From positions 256,001 to 320,000 of the forward strand of contig CAXXLZ010000002.1 of assembly GCA_963675595.2 (NCBI GenBank): a stretch of DNA of 64,000 bases, in the 5' to 3' direction. Numbering within the stretch: position 1 is the stretch's first letter; each line of letters opens with the position of its first letter. Below are positions 11,076 through 21,527 of the stretch, in pieces. The DNA is from Thermodesulfobacteriota bacterium. Lineage in GTDB: Bacteria > Desulfobacterota > Desulfarculia > JACQYL01. The position numbers and the translations under genes were made by a program. Under the pieces are notes generated by a model. It searched no databases, was not told the DNA's origin, and saw nothing but the letters and a program-made list of their open reading frames with translations.

Positions 11076-11923
11076 GACGACGTCTCCTGTTAAGGAGTCG
11101 TTCTTGCTTTACCGAAGCTCGGCCGAGCACGATCGTCATCGGCTGTGGACGCGGGTCGGATCCGTTGAGTCACATTATAACAGAACGGCGGACCGGCACA
11201 AGTGGCGGCGGGCGGCCAATGGGCTGCTCCATCGCGATGGTGACGAACTGGAGAGAAGGGCCGGCGGACCACTCAGTTTACCCGCGCCGGGAAGTCATGC
11301 ACGAAAGTGGACCCCAGAGTTGGTACCAATTTTTCCGGAAAATAAGGTTTATTGTTTTGGAGCCCGCATCCGCGTTGCGGAAGTTGGCCGAGCGGAGCCT
11401 TGCGCTGCTCGGATGGAACTCTCTCTTTTCTGATTTATCCTCGCCGGTAAAAAAGCTATATTAGAAGCAGGATGTTCACAAACACGGATTGCGGCAGTGC
11501 GCTTCATCTTTTGTCATCGGGGTGGGCTTCTTCACCTACGTTACACCCCATAAGACCATCACGTCCTATCTCTCATCGTCTTCAATCCGACTCGTATCAT
11601 CGGCCTCTTTCAACGTAACGGCAAAGAGTTGTCCACAGCATGTGCTTGGTTGACCGTGAGAACGACTTCCTTGACGGCCGGGTAGGATCAAGGCGTTTTC
11701 ACCGGAACGACGGCCGCTTGAGAGTGGAAACGGAAGGTACGCTCCTCAGGCGAGAACGTTCGGAGTTTCGCCTTTCGGCACTGAGCATGGAGTGAATCTT
11801 GGCCCCGAGCAGGTCTTGAAGTTAGGGGAAAACAGGCGATCGCGCGGTTCTCCGCCCGGGGGCGCGTGCCGTCTGTGTCTTGTGGGAATACGTTGGAAAG
11901 ATTCACAACAAAAAGGAGGCGGT

Positions 11924-12667
11924 ATGATGAAGAGGTTGGTTTTGACGGCGTTGGTTCTCGGTCTGTCGATGTTTTGCATCACGGGGCTTTGCTTCGCCCA
12001 GGCCGGAATATGGAAATCGGCGACCCCTACGGACACGGTCAGCTTCTACGTGCAATCGTATGACGTGGAGGACCATTCGGCGGTGGTCATCTATTCTCCC
12101 GACGGAGTGGAGTTTGCGGCTTTCCTGGATACCGATTTCGAGGCCGGCGTGGTGAACGTAGACGATCTGGGGGGTCAGGGATATCACCTGCAGATGACTT
12201 TTGTGGACGAAGACAACGCCACCGTGATGCTGAACCGTCCAAGCGCGCCCGGAGTTAGTTACACGCTCGTGCGCTCCTTCGTGGGTTTCGGCAAAGGAGA
12301 GCAGGGAGACCAAGGCCCCGCCGGTCCCCCCGGAGCTACCGGTGCTACCGGAGCTACCGGGCCTCAAGGAGATCCCGGTACTTTCGAAGACCTGAACTTC
12401 ACTTGGGTAACCAACACCGAAGCCGTACCGGCCAATTCCCCGGGCGTGGTGGAAGTACGGTGTGGAACCGGTCAAACGCTGGTAGGAGGCGGATACGACA
12501 ACGGTTATATCTTCTTGGTCCATAGCTTCCCCTATCTGTCCTATAGCGGGCCGATCGGCACCACGGGGGACGACGCCAACGGGTGGAAGGTCGTTATCTG
12601 GAATGTCGATCCGGACGATGCACTCAACGTGACGGTGTACGCGCGTTGCGTGAGCGCGGCGCCTTAG
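11924..12667 (+). CDS. Secreted protein with a short collagen-like Gly-X-Y tract
   Basis: AAGGAGG RBS, signal peptide, about 10 G-X-Y triplets, C-terminal domain C..GGGY..W...YARC. Confidence 0.8.
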   Translation: MMKRLVLTALVLGLSMFCITGLCFAQAGIWKSATPTDTVSFYVQSYDVEDHSAVVIYSPDGVEFAAFLDTDFEAGVVNVDDLGGQGYHLQMTFVDEDNATVMLNRPSAPGVSYTLVRSFVGFGKGEQGDQGPAGPPGATGATGATGPQGDPGTFEDLNFTWVTNTEAVPANSPGVVEVRCGTGQTLVGGGYDNGYIFLVHSFPYLSYSGPIGTTGDDANGWKVVIWNVDPDDALNVTVYARCVSAAP

Positions 12668-12721
12668 AGTCAATGATCGGCGGCCTGTCGGATCTGTTGT
12701 CTTGTCCGCACCCATAGCACC

Positions 12722-12751
12722 GAATCCCCTTTCTTCGATGAAAGGGGATTC
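12722..12751. terminator. Hairpin between convergent genes
   Basis: Perfect 12-bp stem GAATCCCCTTTC-N6-GAAAGGGGATTC; no clear U-tract. Confidence 0.55.
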
Positions 12752-12844
12752 AAGGTACTTCGACGACGAACATTCGAAGTGTTACGCTAAAATTGGAAGA
12801 AACGAGGGTCCACGGATGCGGCCCTCGGAACCGCAAAACATGAC

Positions 12845-13267
12845 CTACTTGATATAATACCCGGACACCCGCCAAGCCCCGTCCTTGTCCTTCATGGGGT
12901 TGACGGTTTCCACGGCCGACTTCTTGTTTTGGAACGAGGCTTCGAACTGCAGCACCACGTATTCACCGTCGGGAGCGCCGGGCAAAGAAGTGGTGTAAGT
13001 AGCGCCGGAGAGCTTTCTGGAAATCGTGTCCCCCAGAGGTTTCCTAACAGCCGTAAGGGATTGCTTCCACTGATCCCGGCTCACCGCGCCTTTGAAGTAC
13101 GCGGCCGCCGTGTTCCAACTTTCCGTGTAATTTCCGGCATCCACCAGAGCCAGCCAAGCCTCGGCGGCCGTGGTCGCCTTTCCGATCTCCTGGTCGTTCT
13201 GAGCCCAAAGGGGCGTCGCGCCCAACACCAGCAACAAAGCGACCATCCAAACGGCAGTACGTCTCAT
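12845..13267 (-). CDS. DUF4019-like exported protein
   Basis: Signal peptide; WLALVDAGNY, RKPLG, LPGAPDGEY and WRVSGYYIK motifs. Confidence 0.88.
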   Translation of the reverse strand: MRRTAVWMVALLLVLGATPLWAQNDQEIGKATTAAEAWLALVDAGNYTESWNTAAAYFKGAVSRDQWKQSLTAVRKPLGDTISRKLSGATYTTSLPGAPDGEYVVLQFEASFQNKKSAVETVNPMKDKDGAWRVSGYYIK

Positions 13268-13818
13268 GATCCCCTCCTTCGGTGGTTCAATGTGGGTTTT
13301 CCGTCCAAAGTCCGGTTCGTCGGGACGACTCCGTCACAACAGCCTGTAGCGGGCAACCTTCTCAAACAGGCCGTCAAGCGGTCGTGGGTCGGGTCCCCCG
13401 AACGGGCGGCCATTCCGTTCGGCGGAGCCTTCAGACGTCCGCAGCGGAGTTCCGGCCTCCCTCGTCCCGGCGTCGCGGAAAAGTTATGCAAAAAACATCA
13501 TCCATCCACCATTACCTGCAACTAATGATAGCATAGGGTTCACTGGATGGATTTCCAAGAAAAAAGCGCTCCATAGCTTCAGTTTCTCCGGGAACCGGTG
13601 GGAACGATGAAGATCACACGCCCGAGTTCGGTTTCTTTGCGAAGCCGGCATGTCCGATTAAACCGCTCCCTCTTTTGACGGTCTTTTGAAAAAGAATGGT
13701 TCGAAAAACCGGTGACGGGCCATGACAGGCAAGCAGCGACGATTTATACGGATGAAAGGCGGTTCGTAATTCACAAGATCCGGACAACTTCCTAAAAAGC
13801 GCTCAAGGACTCCAAAAC

Positions 13819-15342
13819 ATGACCACAACACCCTACGAAGGCTATGTGGACGGCTTCAGGGACAACACTCTATTCGGTTGGTGCTACAGACGGGATCAAC
13901 CCGACGTGCCGCTGACCCTCGATATTCGCATCGACGGTGGATTCGTCGGCACGGTCAATGCCGCGTTATTTCGCGAAGATTTGCTGAAGGCCGGAAAAGG
14001 CAATGGAAAACATTCTTTTCGTTTCCCTTTGCCCGATCGCCTGGCGCGATCCGATACGGCGCACGCCCTCAACGTGACCGTGGCGGAAAACGGCTTCGAA
14101 TTAACCTCGAGCCCGGTCCTGCTGAAGAACGGGGCTCCGGTTCTCGCCAAGTGTTACTTTCCGTGGACCAATCTCTCCGTGAACGCCTATGGCGAGGTGA
14201 ACACCTGTTCCTGTCCGAGTTGGCTTGGGAGTACAAAATTCTCCATCGGGAACATCAATGAGCGGGCCTATGATGAAATATGGAACGGTCCGAGGATGCG
14301 GCGCTATCGAGAAGCATTCTTGAACGACGATCACAAGAAATTCTGTCGCGTTCACATCTGCCCCTACCTGACCGGTACGATCAGACAAGCGGCTCCGGGT
14401 ACGGAAGTGCTCATGGCCATGACTCGGCAAGATCTCGAATTGGACTTCGGGCCGAGTCAACTTATCTACGATATCAACGACGGATGTAATCTACGATGCA
14501 TCATGTGCCGCAATGAAGTGAGACCGGTTGATAAGGAAATCGTACACAAGGCCGTGGAAAACATCAAAACCATTGCTTCCCAAGGCAGTCTGAAAAGCAT
14601 TACGACTTCCGGCTCCGGCGAGATCTTTATGTTCGAGGAATTCGTAGACCTGATGCGTTCCGATTTCCTGTCTTCCCGCCATATCTCACTGAATCTCATC
14701 AGCAACCTGACACTGTTCACACCGAAGCTGTGGGACGAAATCAAACATAATTACATCAACAGCCTGTCCGTTTCAGTGGACGGGGCCACCAAAGAAACCT
14801 ACGAAAGCGTCAGAAGGGGCTCCAAGTGGGAGAATATCCACAAGAAACTGCTGTATGTCTCCGAGTTGGCGAAAAACGGAGAGATCGGAAAGGTGAGTTC
14901 AGGCTATGTCGTCACCACGAAGAACGCGCACGAAGTGGACAAAATGATTCAATTCATAACCGGTCTGGGGTTCAATCTGTTCTTCCTGTCTCACAGAGGA
15001 AGGCTGCCCACCAAGATGGACAACATATTCGAAACATGCAATATTGGAATGCTGGATATGGTGTATGATCGTATCGAAAGCTGCGGAGGGTTCGATACCA
15101 GCCTCGTCAATTTCGGGTCCTGCGGCATTCTCAGAGACAGGGCTTATCGTGAGGCGGGCTACCGATTGGAGATGGCTCAATATCAAATGACCCAATACGG
15201 CGATGTCGACATGGCGCAACGGATTGCGCGCGGCTGCCTCCAAGACATAGAAGCCGGAATGATCCGAGCTGATGAGGCACAGCTGGCCGAATGCAGACGA
15301 TTCATCGAGACGGAGGGTCCGACACCGGCGACCGCAACATGA
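13819..15342 (+). CDS. Radical SAM protein with N-terminal SPASM/twitch-like segment
   Basis: CNLRCIMC, SGSGE and VSVDG motifs; upstream C.FPW...G.V..C.C...IGNI...IWNG...C...C segment. Confidence 0.85.
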   Translation: MTTTPYEGYVDGFRDNTLFGWCYRRDQPDVPLTLDIRIDGGFVGTVNAALFREDLLKAGKGNGKHSFRFPLPDRLARSDTAHALNVTVAENGFELTSSPVLLKNGAPVLAKCYFPWTNLSVNAYGEVNTCSCPSWLGSTKFSIGNINERAYDEIWNGPRMRRYREAFLNDDHKKFCRVHICPYLTGTIRQAAPGTEVLMAMTRQDLELDFGPSQLIYDINDGCNLRCIMCRNEVRPVDKEIVHKAVENIKTIASQGSLKSITTSGSGEIFMFEEFVDLMRSDFLSSRHISLNLISNLTLFTPKLWDEIKHNYINSLSVSVDGATKETYESVRRGSKWENIHKKLLYVSELAKNGEIGKVSSGYVVTTKNAHEVDKMIQFITGLGFNLFFLSHRGRLPTKMDNIFETCNIGMLDMVYDRIESCGGFDTSLVNFGSCGILRDRAYREAGYRLEMAQYQMTQYGDVDMAQRIARGCLQDIEAGMIRADEAQLAECRRFIETEGPTPATAT

Positions 15343-15659
15343 GTAGTGAGATGAAAAACGGCGACTATCGCATTTTTCGTCGATCCAGCCGATTCGCCCG
15401 TTCGTCCTCGGGCTTTGCGTGTCCTGCGTGGCGCCGTTTCTCACCCCACCGGCTTGTAGCGCCCCGCCTTTCTTGACGGAATTTGCGGCCACACAGGCAT
15501 CGTTCACGGAGGGAACTTTTTGTTGGTTCCCCGGGGGAACGATTTTTCCTCGGCTCCCCCTGCTGCAGGCGCCGTCCCTTTTGGGACGAAGCTCGAGTTG
15601 GGGGGATCTTTGCCGATTCAGCCGGGGTAGGAAACGTTGGGAATTAGAGAGGAAGCCTG

Positions 15660-15757
15660 ATCTCTTCCGCAGCCTCTCCGCCGAAGGCGGTGAGGCCTGT
15701 CCAACGTGCTTTGGGAGGGGATTCGGGGGAGGACTTTCCCGAGCCCCCTCCCCCGAA
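15660..15757 (+). repeat. Dispersed REP/MITE-like repeat copy
   Basis: CTCTCCGCCGAAGGCGGTGAGGCC block plus G-run and hairpin TTCGGGGGAGG..CCTCCCCCGAA. The reverse complement recurs at ~48390-48480 and ~49905-49990. Confidence 0.7.
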
Positions 15758-15983
15758 AATGCTTACGCCACATACCTTTTCGCGCGAATCCGGTTCAAGT
15801 TCCCCAAAAGACACGCTTGGCTCGCGACCGATCTTCCCGGATATGGATCCGTCCTGAGAAGTGCGGAAACATTCATTCATGGGGAACCGGCCGATGTCGA
15901 CTGTGGATTGGATTTTCCCGGACCATGATCACTCTGAAAGCGGCCGAATGCGAACACTGTAACTCAATAACGGATGTGCCGGC

Positions 15984-18437
15984 ATGAAGAACGCGGAATT
16001 GGACGGACCCGGTGTTTCTCAGGAATTGGAGCGATTGCGGCGAGAAAACGAAGAACTTCGGCGTCGTTTGGACCAAAAGGCGCATGAATACTCCGGCGGC
16101 GGGGCTCCCGGCTCTTCCGAGCCCCGCCCATCGAACGGACCTTCCGAAGAGCGACCACGGCAGGAGCTTGTCCCCTTCCAACAATTGTTCGACCACATGG
16201 GGGAAGGCACCGCCATCTATGAAGCGGTGGACGGCGGCCGAGATTTTGTCTTTGTGGACCTGAACCCCGCGGGGCAGGCTCTCAGCAAGGTCTCCAGACA
16301 AGAGGTCGTGGGAAGAAGGGTCACCGTGCTCTTCCCCGGTGTAATCCAAATGGGTTTGCTTGAGGTCCTCCGAAGGGTTTGGCAAACGGGACGCCCGGAA
16401 CATCTCCCCCTGACCTTTTACGAAGACGGACGAGTCGAGGAGTGGGTGGAAAACGATGTTTTCAGACTGCCCTCCGGGCTTGTGGTGGCCGTTTACCGAG
16501 ATACCGGCGAACAGCGTCGGGCCGAGGAAGCGCTCCGCAAATCCGAGGAAGAGAAAACCCTCCTGTTGGATTCCTCATCCGAATCCATCGTTTATTACGA
16601 TACCGACCTCAAGATTCAGTGGGCCAACAAGACCGCCGGCAGGGACGCGAACCGATCCGTCGAGGAAATGACGGGCCGTCGCTGTTACGAGTTCCGGCGA
16701 AACCGGAGCGAGCCTTGTCCCGAATGTCCCCTGGTCAAGGCCAGGGACACGGGTCTTCCAAACGAGGGTGACATCACCACGCCCGACGGCCGCATCCGGC
16801 ACCTTCGAGGCATTCCCGTCCTGGACGAACAGGGCCGGGTGATCTCCCTGGTGGAGTTCGGGCGGGACATTACGGAACAAAGGCTGGCCGAACGGGCCCT
16901 CAAAGAGAGTGAATCGCGCTATCGGCTGCTGGTTCAGAACTCCCCCGTGGGGATCTGCCATTACGATCGGAGTCTCAAAGTCACCGACTGCAATGAGCGT
17001 TTCCTGTCCATTGCCAAGGCGAGCCGGGAGGTGGTCTTTCAATTGGACGCCCTGAACATGAAAGACGCCAGCATACTCCCGGCAATTATAGATTCCCTCC
17101 AGGGCAAGGAAGGATATTTCGAAGGACGATATCAGGCGACCTCGAGCGGAGAATATCTGTGGGTGTCCCTCAGGACCGCTCCCGTTTACAATCACAAGGG
17201 AGAGATTCAGGGCGGCGTGGGGATCGTGCTGGATATCACCGAGGCGAAGGAAGCCGAGGAAATCAAGGAGAAGCTCGAGGCCCAGCTGCTGCAGGCCCAG
17301 AAGATGCAAGCCATAGGAACCCTCGCCGGGGGGGTCGCCCACGATTTCAACAACCTGCTCGCCATGATCATGGGCTATGCCGAGCTTGCCCTGGATTCCA
17401 CAGGCTTCTGTGAAGACCTGTCCAACCCCCTCCGGCGAATCATGAAGACCGCGGAGCGGGGACGGAATCTGGTTCGACAGATTCTCACCTTCAGCCGAGA
17501 GGTGGGCTCGGAGCTCAAACCCGTGAATCTGAACTCCGAACTGTCTCGTGCGCTGGAAATATTCACTCGCACCCTGCCCAAGATGATCACCATCGAAACC
17601 CGTCTGGAAGAGCCGCTTCAGCCCGTCCATGGAGACGCCGGCCAACTCGATCAATTACTGTTCAATCTGGCCGCCAACGCGGCGGATGCCATGCCTCAGG
17701 GAGGCCGGTTGACTTTCGCGACCCGTAACGTTCGGGTGGACGAGGCTTACTCCAAGCGACACCTTGAACTGCGCCCCGGAGAGTATGTCCTGCTGCAGGT
17801 CTCCGACACGGGCCAGGGCATGGACGAGGAGACCCTGAAACGAATTTTCGATCCGTTCTTCACCACCAAAGAGCCGGGTAAAGGCACCGGCTTGGGCCTA
17901 TCCACCGTTTTCGGCATCGTAAAGAGTCACGGAGCGCACATCGGTTGTTACAGTGAGCCGGGCGTGGGCACCTCTTTCAACATCCATTTTCCCGCCCACG
18001 ACTCCCCCGAGCCGTTCCCTCACCGGCCTCCCGCGGAGAATGAATCGGTCCTCCGAGGAAACGAAACCGTTCTCGTGGTGGACGATGAGGAGGATTTACG
18101 AAACCTCTGGGAGAGTATGCTCACCGGCGTGGGTTACCGGGTGGTGAAAACGGACAGCGGAGAGAACGCGCTGGAGGTCTTCCACTCGGGAAAGGAGCGC
18201 TTCGACCTGGTGATCCTCGATTTGGGCATGCCCGGCATGGGGGGCGCGAGGTGTTTGGAGGAACTTCTCTTGACGCACCCGGACACGAAGATCGTGGTGG
18301 CCAGCGGGTATTCGGACAACGAACAGGTCCGGTCGGTCCTTGAATCCGGAGCGTCGGGTTTCATCGCCAAGCCTTTTCAGCGAACGGACTTCCTGCGCAC
18401 CGTGAGAAGGGTTCTGGATTCGGCATCGGCCGAATGA
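15984..18437 (+). CDS. Multi-PAS hybrid histidine kinase/response regulator
   Basis: Three PAS domains; AHDFNN H-box; [14 protein letters not shown] and GTGLGL motifs; C-terminal REC ([12 protein letters not shown]). Confidence 0.95.
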   Translation: MKNAELDGPGVSQELERLRRENEELRRRLDQKAHEYSGGGAPGSSEPRPSNGPSEERPRQELVPFQQLFDHMGEGTAIYEAVDGGRDFVFVDLNPAGQALSKVSRQEVVGRRVTVLFPGVIQMGLLEVLRRVWQTGRPEHLPLTFYEDGRVEEWVENDVFRLPSGLVVAVYRDTGEQRRAEEALRKSEEEKTLLLDSSSESIVYYDTDLKIQWANKTAGRDANRSVEEMTGRRCYEFRRNRSEPCPECPLVKARDTGLPNEGDITTPDGRIRHLRGIPVLDEQGRVISLVEFGRDITEQRLAERALKESESRYRLLVQNSPVGICHYDRSLKVTDCNERFLSIAKASREVVFQLDALNMKDASILPAIIDSLQGKEGYFEGRYQATSSGEYLWVSLRTAPVYNHKGEIQGGVGIVLDITEAKEAEEIKEKLEAQLLQAQKMQAIGTLAGGVAHDFNNLLAMIMGYAELALDSTGFCEDLSNPLRRIMKTAERGRNLVRQILTFSREVGSELKPVNLNSELSRALEIFTRTLPKMITIETRLEEPLQPVHGDAGQLDQLLFNLAANAADAMPQGGRLTFATRNVRVDEAYSKRHLELRPGEYVLLQVSDTGQGMDEETLKRIFDPFFTTKEPGKGTGLGLSTVFGIVKSHGAHIGCYSEPGVGTSFNIHFPAHDSPEPFPHRPPAENESVLRGNETVLVVDDEEDLRNLWESMLTGVGYRVVKTDSGENALEVFHSGKERFDLVILDLGMPGMGGARCLEELLLTHPDTKIVVASGYSDNEQVRSVLESGASGFIAKPFQRTDFLRTVRRVLDSASAE

Positions 18438-18604
18438 ACGGAGAGAGATACGTTCCGTATCCAGGGAAATACCCCGGAGAACCGAAAGCTTTATCGAGTG
18501 GCACCCGCGGCGGACGTTCCACCGCGTAGAAATAAAGGATGAACCCAAGCCCGCCTCCGGTGGATGGATACTCATTCCCAACCAACGGCTGAGGGCCTAT
18601 TCAC

Positions 18605-19000
18605 ATGGCCGTCTTATACGCACCCAAAGGCAACGCGGGGGAATGCGCGGCGTTGACGGCCAACCTGTATTCGGGTTGCGGACACGGAAGCCCTTATTGA
18701 TACGTGCCCATGCTGTTGAAACGAAACGCCGCGCAGTTCAGGGAAAATTCCGTGCCCGGAAAGGGCGCGCCGGATCAGTCGGCCAAAGACGCCGCCAAAA
18801 TGAAGGGTGACTCAAGGGAGACATTTCTCGGCTGCGCATCACGCGGGGAGCGCTGGAAATCCTGATACGGCACGGTCTCCGGTTCACCGTGCCGACCAAA
18901 GGCGGCAACAGGGCGGCCCGGGACTTCGACCTGTTCCGCGACTACCCTTTGGTTCGACTGGGAGCGAGTTTCTCCCTGTTCGACGACGACCGAGCGGCAT
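18605..19000 (+). pseudogene. Decayed radical SAM (spore photoproduct lyase-like) gene
   Basis: Translates MAVLYAPKGNAGECAALTANLYSGCGHGSPY*YVP, i.e. CxxxCxxC broken with TGA at 18698. A later frame reads ITRGALEILIRHG..TKGG.RAARDFDL. Confidence 0.7.
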
Positions 19001-19020
19001 GACCTGCTTGTCGGTACTTC

Positions 19021-20499
19021 CTACCAGTCGTAGAGAATCTCCCAGTGGTCCGAAAACAGCGCTTCTTTGGGGCTGAACCGCTGCCTCAGGGTCTTCCCTT
19101 TTCCCGGTCCTCCGCTTGTATCCTGGCTCCAGCAGCGCAGCTCGATGGCGGGCATCGGGGCTTCGGCCTCCTCTTTTCGATTCGTGTCCGGCTCGATCCA
19201 CAATTCCCGCTCCTCGATCACCTTCCAGACGGTATCGTCCTCTTTCCGACGCACCCGCTCGCCCACTCGCGGAAGGCCCAGTTTCTCCCGGAGCTCCTTG
19301 AAACGATAGGAGGAGACGTCTCCCCGTTCCAGGTACCTCTCCCCCGCCCACATGATTCCGATGGCCCCCAGCGGAGCGGTGATGAGGATGGAAAGCACCG
19401 CCACCGCGAGGATGACCTCCCCGGATGCGACTCCGGCGGCCAGGGGCACCGCCCCGATGGCGGCCTGCACCGTGGCTTTGGGCACGTAAGCGATAATACA
19501 GAACAGCTTTTCCTTGCCCGACAGGGGGGTTCCCCACAAAGACACGTAAGTCCCCAGGCTCCGAAAGATCAGACCCACGAAGATCACCGCCATGCCCGCC
19601 AATCCCGCTTTCCACGCCACGGATACGTTTACCTGCGCCCCCACGAGCACGAACAGCAGCAATTCGGCGAACATCCACACTTTCTTGAGCTTCTGCGAAA
19701 TCAGGTGGGCCACGGCCTCGGACTTCTCAAGGATGATGAAGCCGACGGCCATCACCCCAAGCAACGAGGCGATGGGGACCACATCTTCCACGGCGCCCTC
19801 GAGCCAGGTGAGCATAATGGCCACCCCCATGACCAGGATGGTGCGCTTGGGAGGACGCCAGTCGTATTTCTTGAACCATTTGACGAGAATGTAGCCCGGA
19901 ATCAGACCCACGCCGATCCCCAAGACAATGGACACGGGAATCTCGGCGAGGGCGGTCCAGATATTGGTTTCCCCGCCCCCGTACATACCCAGAAATATGG
20001 TAAAGAGGACAATCACAAAGACGTCGTCAACGGACGAAGCACCTAAAACCAGCGTGGGAATGCCCTTTTTGGAACCCCACCCCTTGTCCATGAACTCGAT
20101 CATCAAGGGAACCACCACCGCCGGAGAAACCGCGCCCAAAATGGTACCCAGTATGGCGGCTTCCAGATAGGATATGTTCAAAAAGAAAGGAGCGACCAGC
20201 ACCACTCCGACAATCTCGAAAATCGCCGGAACCGCGCTCATGGTCAAGGCGGCGCGTCCCACCCGGTTGAGAGTATCCCGACGCAACTCGAACCCCGCCC
20301 TCAGAAGAATCACGATGAGGGCGATCTTCCGGAAGTCGCCGGATACGGCCTGCATCTCCGGAGACATGAGATTCAGCACATAGGGACCGGCGATGACACC
20401 CGCCAGCAACATGCCCACCAGTCCGGGAAGCTTGAATTTGCGGAAAGCCAGGTCCCCAAGAAGACCCAAGAGAATGATCAGGCCGATACTAAACGCCAT
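19021..20499 (-). CDS. Cation:proton antiporter (CPA1/NhaP-like) with extra soluble C-terminal domain
   Basis: IILLRAG-like, AVSPAVVVP, SSVDDV and PKATVQAAIG motifs; ~95 aa Trp-rich tail. Confidence 0.9.
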   Translation of the reverse strand: MAFSIGLIILLGLLGDLAFRKFKLPGLVGMLLAGVIAGPYVLNLMSPEMQAVSGDFRKIALIVILLRAGFELRRDTLNRVGRAALTMSAVPAIFEIVGVVLVAPFFLNISYLEAAILGTILGAVSPAVVVPLMIEFMDKGWGSKKGIPTLVLGASSVDDVFVIVLFTIFLGMYGGGETNIWTALAEIPVSIVLGIGVGLIPGYILVKWFKKYDWRPPKRTILVMGVAIMLTWLEGAVEDVVPIASLLGVMAVGFIILEKSEAVAHLISQKLKKVWMFAELLLFVLVGAQVNVSVAWKAGLAGMAVIFVGLIFRSLGTYVSLWGTPLSGKEKLFCIIAYVPKATVQAAIGAVPLAAGVASGEVILAVAVLSILITAPLGAIGIMWAGERYLERGDVSSYRFKELREKLGLPRVGERVRRKEDDTVWKVIEERELWIEPDTNRKEEAEAPMPAIELRCWSQDTSGGPGKGKTLRQRFSPKEALFSDHWEILYDW

Positions 20500-20599
20500 G
20501 GCGGATTTCCCCTTTGTTTGAGCTTCGAGAAAATGGCGGGACACGCGTACCCGGCGCGTGAATGCGGAAAGGCATGGGAGCCGCCCGACGCGCGGATTC

Positions 20600-20632
20600 A
20601 AAAAAAAATCCCCCCGGTTTCCCGGACGGGAC
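20600..20632 (-). terminator. Intrinsic terminator in the riboswitch expression platform
   Basis: Minus strand TCCCGTCCGG-GAAA-CCGGGGGGA followed by T9. Confidence 0.8.
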
Positions 20633-20668
20633 TCTTACGCCGACTTCCACCCCCGGCTCCCGCCCAAG

Positions 20669-20722
20669 GTAGAAGTCATTATCCCCCGGCACGGGGGCGG
20701 TTCATGGCAGACTTCATTGCCC
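20669..20722 (-). ncRNA. Fluoride riboswitch (crcB motif)
   Basis: GGCAATGAAGTCTGCC-ATGAACCGCCCCCG...GGGGGATAATGACTTCTAC fits the aptamer consensus, including the GAAGTC/GACTTC pseudoknot. Confidence 0.9.
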
Positions 20723-20997
20723 TAAATTGTGTTTTCAATCCAAACAGAAAACCGTGTTGATGTCAACGCTTGTCCACCGCGTTTTCCTTCGATGCACGGA
20801 CGCGTTCTTCTTTGCGGCCCGAGAGAGCACGGGCGCGCCTGTGGAAGAATCGCCCGCCCTCTCTCGCTCGGGTCGGGTTCTCCGGCAGGACGCGCCAATC
20901 CCGAGGAATGATGCGCAACAGAAGTACGTCCGCTTCTCAACGGTCCGGCGGTTCATGCGGACCGGTCATTCAGTGATAACGGAAGAGAGATCGAACC

Positions 20998-21435
20998 TCA
21001 GGGGCGGATCGTCACCGTTGCCTCCTCTTCCGTGAGCATCCTCGCTTTGGCTCCTCCACAGCTGGACTTGGCGATCAGACTCACACGCACTCTCAGCCGG
21101 TAGATCCCCGGTTCGGCACAGGTGATTCGGATTCGAGGGTAACCCGGAACCAGTTTTGGCTTCTCTCCTTCGGGGGTTTCGAGAAAGTCCACGGACGTCA
21201 CCGCAAAGAAACCCGACGGAAGATTTGGGGGCTCCAGCCGAACCTCCAGGAACAAGGGTTCTCCCATCGTGCCGGAAACCTTTTTGGTGAGCAGCTTCGC
21301 CTGGTAGACTTCCGAACCGAGGGGGCAGGCAGGCCTTTGTGGGCCGTTGTCCGAGGCGACGCCTCCGTGGGCCACCCACGAAGCCGTCATCAGGAGAAAG
21401 GCAATGAGCAGCGCCGCGAAATTGAATCTCATCAA
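20998..21435 (-). CDS. Hypothetical exported protein
   Basis: GAGGAG RBS, signal peptide, beta-rich sequence with PGIY and SSCGG. Confidence 0.65.
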   Translation of the reverse strand: MMRFNFAALLIAFLLMTASWVAHGGVASDNGPQRPACPLGSEVYQAKLLTKKVSGTMGEPLFLEVRLEPPNLPSGFFAVTSVDFLETPEGEKPKLVPGYPRIRITCAEPGIYRLRVRVSLIAKSSCGGAKARMLTEEEATVTIRP

Positions 21436-21527
21436 TGAGGCTCCTCAAGGGAAATTCTACGATGATTGTCCCTTATGACCAGTGATGGTATACTTTTGAA
21501 CAAGATGCCGTCAATACGACCTTCCCT

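Noticed and set aside
11470-11920. Riboswitch or small RNA upstream of the collagen-like gene; lone DnaA-box-like TTGTCCACA near 11630
   Set aside because: No recognisable aptamer consensus; a single box without an origin context is not meaningful.
15419-15987. ORFs in the spacer before the hybrid kinase
   Set aside because: They run through repeat hairpins and have no protein-like features.
18698-18700. In-frame TGA at a Cys position as selenocysteine
   Set aside because: The second Cys of the motif is also lost and the gene is frameshifted downstream; decay is the simpler explanation.
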